Part shown: positions 29,201 through 40,606 of the stretch, piece by piece | Layout: each line of letters begins with the position of its first letter | How positions within the stretch are numbered: the first letter of the stretch is position 1 | DNA from: Phoronis australis | Taxonomy: Eukaryota; Animalia; Phoronida | Assembly: GCA_002633005.1 (NCBI GenBank) | Contig: NMRA01000449.1 | Coordinates: forward strand, 248,001 to 312,000 | Length of the DNA: 64,000 nucleotides | Direction of reading: 5' to 3' | Program-made: the position numbers and the translations under genes | The notes under the pieces: generated by a model | What the model was told of the DNA's origin: nothing | The model's input: only the letters and a program-made list of their open reading frames with translations | Databases searched by the model: none

Positions 29201-32200
29201 TGAATTATTTCCGCTCTGACAATGTTTATGTTTACTGTTGCCAAACATTTCCCCAGAATTTATATTCAAACTTAAGGCTATGTACGACCCTACAAAAATG
29301 TACAAATAATATATGGCTGATCTTTTAACAACGCTTCACAGAAATGGCCTATTGGTTTCGTACAATACTTTAAGATAATAATGTAAATCAAAATAAAACA
29401 ATTTCTGAACTTAATATATACTAATGATGACGCAGCGTTCCCATCTCAGAGACTTCTACAGATCGACTGAACCGAAGTGCTGGGGTGTCGCCTCGGCAGG
29501 TATTGTTGTCACGTGGGTTGTGACACAATTTTTTTGGTAGGTAACGTAATACGATATTCCACACAGCTGATAGACAATTCAAAAGCTGCATAAAACGAAA
29601 GCCAAATGATAATTTTCAGAAATGAAGCAACCTTTTTGAGATTTCATCTTGAATATTTTTATAAAATAAAGTTTGGTAATGTTATTGGTGTCATTGTTGT
29701 GGTATCAATGTACTTTTCATTTGTGCTAAATTTTACCAAAAGTCATGGTCACGTGATCCAATTAATTGCAGATTGTTAAAAAGTCATCTTTTAAATTTTA
29801 CATGCTGTTCACTTTAAGAAAATGTATGGTTTTGCTGAGTTAAATGAGAAGGCAACCTTTTCCATGTCATGTTTAGTAAAAATGCGTTTCACTGATTATC
29901 CCAAACATATGTTTCAGTTAATTACGGCTTTCCGTAATTTTATGAAATAATCGTGCTCTACTCCGGAAGTGACGTTTAAGGGGTTAAAAAATTTCTGCCA
30001 TTTTGTTTATGTCTTTGAGTTTACTGTGAGGATCTGTTCTACTGTTGTTTTCGTCCTGGTTTCCTACTACTTTCCTTCCTACCACTTCCCATCGACGAGT
30101 ATTCTACGACAAGCCAGGTTGTTAGCGAACTCAATTACGTTGGACTTAGGAATTGTTTAGTTCGCAGTAGCCTAAACAAGGCTGGAGTCGGTGACCCATA
30201 TCACAGACACAGTGACGTGGTGACGAGGAAGTTTTTCGCGAACAGTCAGTGGGTAGATACGTAGTTTGAGCCCGAGTTTAGTGAGGCAGAATACGCACAT
30301 ACAGCTGTTGAGAGGTATGACTGGGGCAGAGACCGAGGACAAACGTGGTGGGACGCCTTGGTCTAAATGCACGGTGTTCACTGTTTTGCCAACCTCTATT
30401 TGAATGCCCATGCTGTTCCAACTCGGGTACGTTCGGAGGTACGGGTGACATTAGATGAAGGGGCTTCGGTCACTGTAGAGGCCACAGCTCGCTTAAAAAT
30501 GCACTCCTCGGAGGTGGCGAAGGGGCTATGCCAGGAATCAACATTGTTTTGCAAGAACCTTCATCAATTTCGCGTACATAAGTCTTTCGTAATCCGACGG
30601 CAGAAAATGCTTGCCACACACTCGGTAATTCTCCGTTGCGTGGACGGGTAACGCTGTGTTCTTCACACGAACGAGCCAAGTACGGCGGAATGTCGAAAAG
30701 CGATGTAATGGCATACCCAAAGTGCGCGTGAGACGATAACGCAACAACCGTGCGGCGTGTTGACCATAGACTATAGAACATAGACTATAGTACATCTGTT
30801 GTCTATAATCTATGGTGTTGACTGACTAGTAAACAAAGGCAATTGACGACTGGACTTGTCACATCTGATGTAAAACAATGACTGTCTCGACAGCTCACGC
30901 AGTCAGACTATATAAAAACAAAACGGCGGGAAATTCTTAACCCCCTAAACTTCACTTTCGGCGTAAGGCACGGCTAATTAATAAAGTTACGGGAAGCCGT
31001 TGTTAACTGAAAAATACGTCTGGGATAATCAACTAACCGCATTTTTACTAAAATGACACGAGCTTGCCTTCTCCTTTAAAACTTATAGTAATGATATTTG
31101 GCTAAATAGATAAACATGTGAATAAAAAAGCTCCTATATATCTTTAATTAGGGCACTTGTTGAAAATTATACAATAGTGGAGACAATCACGCAATTCTTG
31201 CTGCTTCAGGGTTAACTGTTGTCATTTACAACCTTGAATTTCAATGTTTCTGTGTTACCTTGAATGTTTTTGCAGACTCTGAAGAATAACAGTTTACCCA
31301 GCGGCGGTTCGTTGACCCGAAAAAGGCGTTTCATAAAGTCGATCAAAGGCAGGTATTTGGAGATGCCTTCTAAAGCTAGAAGGGCCATCAGACGTCGTCG
31401 CGACGTAACGGACCGGGTGTCGGTGGAACGCATTGGTCAGATTTTTGAACATATAAACAGAGTTCGACAGGCTCGAGACTGCAAAGCACTTAATTCGTAT
31501 GACTTAGTTCTTCCGGGAGATGTTGGATACGGAGTTGATAAGCAGTTCGAACCGCAGGTATGGTGGAAACGAAATAGGGACACGAATTGTGCATTTCAAT
31601 CTAATCGTCATTTCGTGTGGAATGACATGGCAAACATTGGGAAAGGCAGCTCATAAAAAAGATTGTGTGGAAATATTGAACTTGAAATAAAATGACAATG
31701 GTTTTTACATTATTAAATTCACAGGAAATTATTCCATTTTGACCTGCGTATTGTAATTTCATTCCCTATTCAGAGCCTGCATGTGTGATCTAATGTAATT
31801 TCTTCATTTTCACTTTCTTGAAAACTCGAGCATGGTTCCAAATTGCCCAGCGTCTATTCAAACTCTTAGTATTCGCAAAAATCAGGGGTATTTATGAAAG
31901 TCTTTATCGTTTCTTTCTTACTGTATGCTGTTACATTAGCCTATATCTGAAATTTCAAGGAAGTGTCCGTCAAAGTTTCTTTTGCGCAATATCCCAATTC
32001 CTGTGGTCTACAGATATCTGCTGTGCGCATATTCCTTCGTCTGGCTATAGCATTGGTGTTGTGGATACGTCTAAGGGCGTCACCAAAGTATCAGTAAAAA
32101 CCTTAATCTTACTGCAAATCGCAAAACAATTATCTCCGGTTGCCATAATGAATATTGGTCTCCAGTCAAGTTGAAGGGTGCTCAGGCCTACTATTATCGG

Positions 32201-35200
32201 ATTACTACACTATGAATCTGTAATCCCGGAGTAGTCTTCTTGAACAAGAGGACATGTCTTTTGCATTATAAGGGAGTGCTAGCCTGTGTTCATCGCACTA
32301 AAGAATGGATGTAATCCAATAACACTGGAAAGAATTAAAGAACGTGCCGGTTTATATAGTTTGAGCAAATGTAACGTTACCTTTAAAATTAGCTTTGGCA
32401 ATACTATGCATTTTACCTGAAGATCAGTGTTAGCAAATATATTCACATGGACCTTTGTCCTATATACAACTTAAAGCTAGGCGGTATGATCACGAGCGTC
32501 GTATGTTTTTCTCAGGTCTCCTCTGCGCGATTGAAGCAGTGACATAGGCCTACCAAATCATATTTTGCAGGGAAGAATGGCGCTGTCCCTTGCCCATTTC
32601 TTGAGCGACTGTCTTCAGAGTCACAACCCAGAGGAGGCATTCGGTAGGGTAGTAATTGATCCTTTTCCTAATCCCGAACTCTTACACGCAGAAGTGCTAT
32701 CGAATGTCATGTCGGACAACAAAATCAGTGGGTTTGGAATCTGGTTTGATGAATACAATTACAGGGAGCCTGTAGGTGAGTTCTTGTTCAATCTTTTCCT
32801 TTCAATGACATTTATTTTGTGGAAGTTCAAATTGAAATGACTCGTGTCAACTTCAAATCCCTCACAATTATTATTCACATGGCACACAGTGAATTACATA
32901 CTGGGTAATGTGAACTGCATGCTCATTGTTTAAAATGAAAGACATCCGTTTTCAGGGTTATTTTTAGTTAAAAAACGATTTTGTGATTATTCCAGGTAAT
33001 ATTTTAATTTAAATTAATGTCACCCGCGCCCTACTTCATTTTGCATGCTTTTCCTCCGACATGTCGTCTGCGGCCCGTATCATTTCCGTGATCTTTGTTT
33101 GACATCGACTACGTTTGCAATGTGTTAGGCCATTATTGACTTCCTCAATGTCTTATTTAGTATGCCTGCAGGCTGTTGCGTACCCGCCGAGACGCATGCA
33201 TTGAGCTGCCGAAGAGTTCGTTTCACTTTTTAATTATTCCTTGATAGATGACCAGATACGTTGAAGTAACTGACACCCTTAATTTCTGTCGGAATTGTGA
33301 GCATTTGGACTTATAGTCACTCACATAATTATATGAACAAGTTTGCCTTGTCAGACGTATGGAGCACGAATCCTTCATACTTTCTATATCGAATCGTAGT
33401 TACATGATATGGCCATATGTACCGCCAGTTAGGCCAGGACCTGACTGCCAAACAACATGACGTGGTAATCGACATTTCGTGAGTCCGCTCAAAGAAATTC
33501 GGCAAAGGTACAAATCAGGAGGAAGGGGAACAGAAGTATTAATCGAGAGTAGAAACGATCTCTTGGCATTGTTTTTGGTGTTTGATATTGCAAGATAATC
33601 AGAGCTTTCTTCGTCTGAAAATACCGTTTTTGGTTACAAGTGAAAATAATTTTACCGGACCTAAGTAAGAAGACGTGTTAGTGTTGGCTGACGAAGTAAA
33701 TGAGGACATAGGAAACACAAGACCACCAAAAACGTCTTCGTCGTCTTGTGATGGTATTTTTGGCTGCTTTTCAGCCAAGATCCGGCTGTCGAGTGTTTTC
33801 GATCACATTTTCCCCTCATATTTCGTACATTGTCATAGGTCCACGTGGTCGACAAGTAAAGCTCCGTCAGCTCTTCGCACCGTATGCCTTCCGAGCAAAG
33901 GATCAGCGCATCAGTTCGGTTGACATGGCGGGCGACCCGGATGTTGGGAGTTACTTGAAAACTGACTGGTTTCGGAAGGCGAAAATGAGATGGGCTTCAA
34001 ATACGGCTGGTCTGCGTCCGTTTAAGAACATTCCGTTTTTCAGGTTCGAATTACATATACATGATTTAGCTACTTTTAGAAATATTTTCAGTCATAAACT
34101 CCTAATCCGGAAGTGTCTTTCAATTTGCTTTGGTCAAATGTCCGGCCTCCAATAGAAAGTTTCAAAACATTATTTCTATTTACTCTGTGAAAGGGGTAGT
34201 ATATATTCAGTTTTTTACCCAACCGAGCTGAAATTTCTTAACTTGTTGTATTAATTTCACTGAGATACCCGATAAATATACGGAATCCATGTTCTTGTAC
34301 GTTCTTGCCGAGTCTTAGTGTTTCCGAAACAATAAAACCACGGCAGTCAACACAAAGTACTCGCCACACCTTCATTGTGTGTCTCTCATAGCAGCTTACA
34401 TGTTTATGGTGTCATTAGGAAAGAAATTTGCCTGGACGTTTATTATTGTGACCTTTTGGTAACTTCCTTATCCTTCAGAAAAGACGCTGCGGGCACCACT
34501 TCTGCGAAGGCCCAAGCTCCGAAGTTCTTTGCAACTTCTTACGACTTGGGTCAATGGTCGCAACCACACTTTGTATGCAATGATTTTGTAAGAGACTGGG
34601 TAGTGACATATACTGCACCATTCTTCAGTCGACATGAGTTAATCTACAGCAAAGTGGTCTTCAGGTACAAGCTATTTTAAAGCAGCGTTCTATTAAAAAT
34701 GTTGATTTAAAGTGGCATAGAACGTGAAAAACAAGACTAAATTGCGTTATTCAAAGTAGTTCTTTGTCATTGAAACAAAAGCCAAACTGTTCACCAGATA
34801 TTTTTACGCTTTGTTCGTAAATATTTTGAATTTTTGTTGATGTCAAAACATCTTTCGTTTAGTTTCAAATTTTCAAAAAAACGATTTGTCAGCTGTTCGT
34901 CACGTTGTCGATGTTTCTCGTACACGACCAAGCACGTCTCCTTACGAGATCAGCCAATGGCTTCTTGACATTAATAACTGCAGTTTTAATACAGTCTTAG
35001 TACAAACTATATATTTGAATATCGGTATTTTGACTTTTAGTAATTGACAGCGTCACTGAGTTAAAGCCACTTAGGCCATTTTTGTTTTTTTGTGCATTTT
35101 GTATCTAAGATACAGGCTGCAGTTCATCAATTGCAGGGGGAGAAACAAACTCTTACCAGAGACTGCCGTCTTGCCACAGAAACTGTACCCAAACCACACT

Positions 35201-38200
35201 CTTTTAAGTGTATTGAAATACGGATAACCAGTAGCCTCGTAGTCACAATGAACCCCCTCCCCTTTGTAAAAGTTGGCGGCAGAAATATTTTGGTTATGGA
35301 TACAGGATGAAAAAAGTCAAGTGATGATCCGAGGTAGACGGGGGCATGGCCCGACGGAGCAAGTGATGATCTGAGAGGGGAAGCCCATAGTTTCACTAGG
35401 CCGTCTGCTCGGTGCAGTTACAATGAGCTTGTCCCGAGAAACCTTAGTACGACACTGATACATGTAGATGTGAGATGCTAAGGTCACCAAATCACAATGG
35501 GAAATAGATTAGGTCTGGAAGATTAAGTTACTGAAATATGTTCAGGGAATTTAGTAAGATACTCGCGCTTTTAGAGAATAGTTAGTGTTATAAAATAGAT
35601 TCGTGGAGCTCTCATGAACTTTCGTGTTATTTGCATGCAGTTCCTGTAAAATTGCATTGCTGGAAATTGAAAATGCAATCGAAAAACACTGAAAATGTAA
35701 CAGCAATTCTACGCCTGCAGTTACCCAAGCTAACTCCACATAGATAAACTCTTTCTGTTGTCGTAGACTCAACTGAGCAGTTTCTGGCCCTAAATTAAAC
35801 GCTTTCGTAAGACATTTTATCACCCAAACTGGACCGTTTCGAAGAGAACTTAACGTCAAAAAGCTGCCTGTGAAAACATTGCAGGTACAGCTCCGTGTAT
35901 GCGCAGTCAATTATTTTGCAATACGTTAAACCATGAATACGTCTTTCTGTGCCGTGTAAGAATGTACCACGGATTAAATTTACACTGGTCCTCTTGAGAC
36001 GAGACCACGCATTCATTTTGTGGTAGTTGAGATCAATGCTTGACAATCTCACGCACGGAGTGTCTACGACAGTCTCGTACTACGTTATCTTGATGTCGCA
36101 CACCGAAAATATTTAAAAAATACCACTCCTGTTTCATACTTTTGTTTTTTAATATTTTATTAATTCCAGCGGGGTTGTGACTGTTGACGTCAAATTGGAA
36201 TTCCTTGACATCAACCAATGCACAGCGGAGTTCTTCGTCCCCAATGCTTTTAAGAATACCGCCCGCTGTGATTATGTAACCACTTACGTAAGTTATTGCT
36301 TATGCATATTGTGTGGTGTATCGGATGTATTTTGGCTACTAATTCTTAACTGGCTGTGAAGCTGTGTGATGTATATCATTACATGTACTTGTATTTTTGT
36401 TGTTACAAATGAATGGGTCGAACTTAGGACATGCACGAATTGAACCTTTGAAAGCGGGTGTGTACAAGAGCCCTTTAAGAGCCTATGGAGTGCTTTCAAT
36501 ACCGTAGACTGTCAATGAATTGTTATTTAAATTAGTTTTACCTGTTTGAAAGATTTTCTAGACAGGTGCACGTGTGCCTATAGTGCAGTATAAAGTTGTT
36601 GCGTCGCTGTACTTTCAGTGTGTACCTCAAGAAGGAAAGAAAATGAGCCTGGGTGCTTACAGGTGTCACTGTAAACGAGGTCATGAATTTCCGTTTGCAA
36701 ATGACGCATGGTTCTTCGATGGCGCAGAACTGGAGGCAGAATGGAAGAAAAGGAAAAGAGGAGAATTTAATAAGTACGGAAATCGAATTGTGCTTTAAGC
36801 GCACAAATAAGGCTGTAGTGTGAAACTATTTAATTGCAGTCTACTGAGCTGGCTCTAAAACGAAAATGGTCATAAGCTTTTTATTTTAATAGCATTTCTT
36901 ACCGCGGTGATAGAATTGTATATTCGTTACAAACAACAACATGGAAAACATCAAGCGACTCGAGAAAACGCTTTCATGCTTAATGGGGTTGGCCAACACT
37001 CGAAAACGACTCGAAAACGGAAATTGAACATCATCATCACGGCAAGAAATATTGTGGGACTGGTTTGCCGGCTCACTAGACAATAATTAAAGATCTGATA
37101 AGCACAGTGATTTATTAAATTATAAAGCTCTTTAAGCTAAAGAATTCAACACTGGCCGTTAAACAGTGGCCAAATGCTGCTTTAATCGGCCAATTCATAT
37201 CTAGCTAATTCTCAAAAATATTTTTCGCAATTACCAGAATCGGCCCATACGAGATCGCTATACGATTTATACAGTTTCTAATTTGATATTTTTGTCACAC
37301 ATTTATAAAAATTACAATGGAATTTTAAAAATCGTTAGTGGAAGAGAGGCTTGATGATATTCCTTAACTGATGAAACGGGTTTCTCTTTTATCGTCTGAA
37401 AGAAGAGTAGAAAAGTTTTTACGGCTATGGACACGTTCGTGACGTAAGTGCTCCTCTTGACACACCGGCAGATTTTATATGTGTGGACGTTGTTTCACAA
37501 GCGCCACCTTTTGAATTTCAAACTGCCGTTGCCACTTCATATTGCATCAGCTACAGTGTACGCGTGCATTATTTCATGCTGCTGCACGGCGTACTTTCAG
37601 TGAAGAAGTTTAAAGAATAATTATCGACTACGTATTGCTCAATCACCTATTCTGATACCGGTTTCCTAAACTGAAGCTTAGGGCCTCGAGCGTTCTTGGA
37701 AGAACGAGCATGGGTATGCGGAACACTAACGTTTGCCATGTCACTGCAGTGATGAACAAATTAAAAATTTTGAAACTTCATAAACTTTTATTTGAGTGTA
37801 TTTGGGATTTGAAGTGGATTGAAAGGTCTCTAGTTCAAATCCCATCTGATTCAAATGGAGTTCAGATTAAAAATTCCGAAAACATACCCTTCGCTGAACA
37901 CCGTGCGTTTATCTCGCATGCCCGTGCTCGTTCTTCTTAAAACGCTGTAACACCTGAAGATGGACGGAGAAATGCTGACCGAAACGTCCTGAAGACATTA
38001 ATAGGCTGAAATTTGGTGTAAATATACCAGTAAATATTAGTCACCCATGCTGGTCTCAGGTATCCCGTAGGACTACAATGTCACATGTATAACTATTTTT
38101 TTCAGATATGACCAAATGAAGTGTCGCACAGCCTCAGCTGATGTCGTGTTTTCTAGTATAACTACTGTGACTATAGCTGTAACTCTGACTTTTGAAATGA

Positions 38201-38214
38201 AGGCATTCCTGTGA
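23207..38214 (+). CDS. Tandem GPR158/GPR179-like ectodomain protein, paralogue B, ~847 aa
   Basis: Exons 23207-24141, 26743-26869, 27452-27617, 28521-28576, 31276-31557, 32571-32775, 33839-34043, 34479-34664, 36170-36287, 36619-36773, 38106-38214. All GT-AG and in frame (2544 nt). Four exon sizes (127, 166, 118, 155) are identical to paralogue A. Signal peptide MKTFVLLLFIVASKTSC; AATAAA at 38271-38276. Confidence 0.85.
27782..27860 (-). mobile_element. tRNA-derived SINE head / tRNA-like fragment
   Basis: Minus strand has an A-box TGGTGTAGCGGTTAAG, a GCA anticodon-like loop and a B-box GGTTCGACCCC. The acceptor stem does not pair. A more degenerate analogue is at ~25490-25560. Confidence 0.55.
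28132..28251. repeat. ~120-bp imperfect palindrome (hairpin MITE-like)
   Basis: CGTTATCCCCC..TGGAGAATTATC.CCC / GGG.GATAATTCTCCA..GGGGGATAACG. Confidence 0.8.
29844..31075 (-). mobile_element. Kolobok-like non-autonomous transposon with degenerate THAP domain
   Basis: TTAA on both flanks, termini ATGAGAAGGCA...TGCCTTCTCCT, and ~170-bp imperfect TIRs. Minus-strand remnant PHGCCV...LHRF..RRTWLVRVK...RVCGKHFLPSDYE matches THAP C2CH motifs. Confidence 0.7.
30765..30814. mobile_element. 50-bp P-like mini element nested in the Kolobok-like element
   Basis: CATAGACTATAG...CTATAATCTATG termini with a perfect 8-bp TSD GTGTTGAC. Confidence 0.75.
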
Positions 38215-38701
38215 TGGGGAACGTTTGTCCATTCCTAAATTGATGTCCACGGGCTTAATGTGCCTTAGACAATAAAGGATTCAGCACTCTGATTGATTTG
38301 TGTTCGACACATGTTCCTTAAAAAGTATGATGTGACCTGCGTCTCTCAGCTCTGTGTACAGAGATGAAAATGAGACTAGATCTGGGTGATAATATGTCAT
38401 TTATTATGATTCCTGTGGAAGAATACAATACGTATACATTAATTCTTCTCCTATAGTTAACACACAATATGACCGACACTGAGGGAAGTTCTATTTTATT
38501 AAATTTCTCCACAAGCATAAAGATTTAAAACATTTTAGTATATCATCAGCTTACTCTGTAGGTCTACTGTGACATGTAGATGTCAGAAAGTTAGTAGCCC
38601 TATATCATTGTGTTACTTTGTACTGTGTACATGAAGATGTCACAATGCTAGTCTATCATTGGCTTACTCTGTACTGTGTACATGTAGATGCCATAATGTT
38701 A

Positions 38702-38850
38702 CATGGACGGCGCACCATATAGGGGGCTGGGGGGCTATAGTCCCCACTTTTTTCAGTGGTACGCCGCACCTGGTCTATAGGCGGTGCACCACAGGGGGGG
38801 CTGAGGGGGCTAGTTAGCCCCCCACTTTTTTCAGTGCTGTGCCGCCCATG
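38702..38850. mobile_element. Same mini element, dimer, 5-bp TSD TGTTA
   Basis: CATGGACGGCGCACC...GCCGCCCATG, two head-to-tail units, with TGTTA on both flanks. Confidence 0.7.
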
Positions 38851-40458
38851 TGTTAGTCTTTTAGCTTACTCTGTACTGCCGTGTACTGTGTACATGAAGA
38901 TGTCACAATATTAGTCTATCCATAGCTTACTCTGTACTGTACTCACAAAACGGCATTGTGTACATGCAATTTCTACCACTTGCAGCAAGTCAATCAGCGT
39001 TATAAGATTAGAAAAATAACAATGTTTTGCAATTATTTTTGTACAAAATATTTGGAGAATTACTGTACAATACAGTATTATATAAAATGATAAATTACGT
39101 CAGCATACTTTGTTACGTTCTGTTTAAAGTCCCTATAAAATGAGCCAACTGCCTTTTAGATATGTTAAATACATGTACTTTTGTGCAACAGATCTTTGTT
39201 TCGTTTTATTCCACACAACCACTAACTAATTACTACGCATTTTGTGCCCCCCATATTATGTGCCCCCATCAGAAACCCCTTTTATTCTCTTGACGAATCA
39301 CAGTAGACTGGCCTATTGACATCATCGTTGAGAACGAGCAACACATTACCGCGCTAACCACAACCTGTAGTGAGCACCTGATCGGCTGCTGGGACAGTAA
39401 AAAACAAAGTAGTTTTGCTCAAGGAACGTCACCAATTAGAAACATCGCCGACGTTAGGCATCAATGTCGACTGATAATGCAATATTACTAAGCAAAACAA
39501 TGGTGTCAGGCAAAGCACCCTTCGAACCGAACAGCGGCGTAGATCTCGGATAGGGTCTGCCATCGATTCACTCACGACCCACGACGAACCAATTTTCGAA
39601 GTATTTGCACCCACGTAAAAGGTCCTACAACAGCTACGTTTCGTACTGAATCTGACAACGGCAAACTTACCGAACTCTGTGGTGGAAAAAATACTTATTT
39701 TTCACGTAAGATGTCTTGATTATCCACTAACAATATCCTCGGCAATAAATCACCGCGACATGGTCGGTACCATTTTATGCGATCGTGGCTCAGAAATGTC
39801 GTCAATTAACGGTGTGGGTGAATGTAGCCTACGTCTCTTTTTTATCGCAAAAAAACAAACGTAAAGATGACAACCCTTGGCTGTTACTTGCCAAACGACG
39901 GTCACAACTTGTCTTGCATCAGAATGAAAGTAAGTCGACAACAAATTCTCAAGCCCTCTTTTCTGGGACAGCACGCGCGACATATATATGAGTCATCTGT
40001 CACTCACGTGTTGCAGGCAATGTATCACGTACTCCAGCGGTGAGAACGTAGAGGTGCACACCTCCCAAGTCGCGGCCGTTCTAAATAAAATATAATATTG
40101 CACTGGCTTGGCTCGATTAAGTGCTTGGGTGTTGCATATACTCGAATGCACGTGACCATAAGATGAGCGCTGATTCAACTTGAGTTTTGTGGCACATTCT
40201 TTGAAATCTAACATCTCGACGAAAACTGCACACCGAAAATAGTACCGGTAGATATCAGACTGGAGCTAGGCCAAAATGGCCGCGAATGGGGATTGGTCAG
40301 CGAGGTTGGAATTTTATATTATATATGGGAGAACAAAATCACGGTTTCCGCCCTCCGAATCGGAGATCTCTCGACCACTGTAATCACTGTCTGCCGTTAC
40401 GGGTGTCAAGAAGCAAACCTGTGGAGGTTGTGCTGAAATGCCGAACGGCACTCTGGGA

Positions 40459-40606
40459 CATGAGACGGGCGCACCATTGGGGGCTGGGGGCTTAAGTTAG
40501 CTCCCACTTTCTTCAGTGCTGCGCCGCCCATGGTCTTGGGTGGCTCACCACAAGGGGGCTTGGGGCCCAAAAGCCCCCCACTTTTTTCAGTGCTGCGCCG
40601 CCCATG
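40459..40606. mobile_element. Same mini element, dimer, 5-bp TSD TGGGA
   Basis: CATGAGACGGGCGCACC...TGCGCCGCCCATG, two units, with TGGGA on both flanks. Confidence 0.7.
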
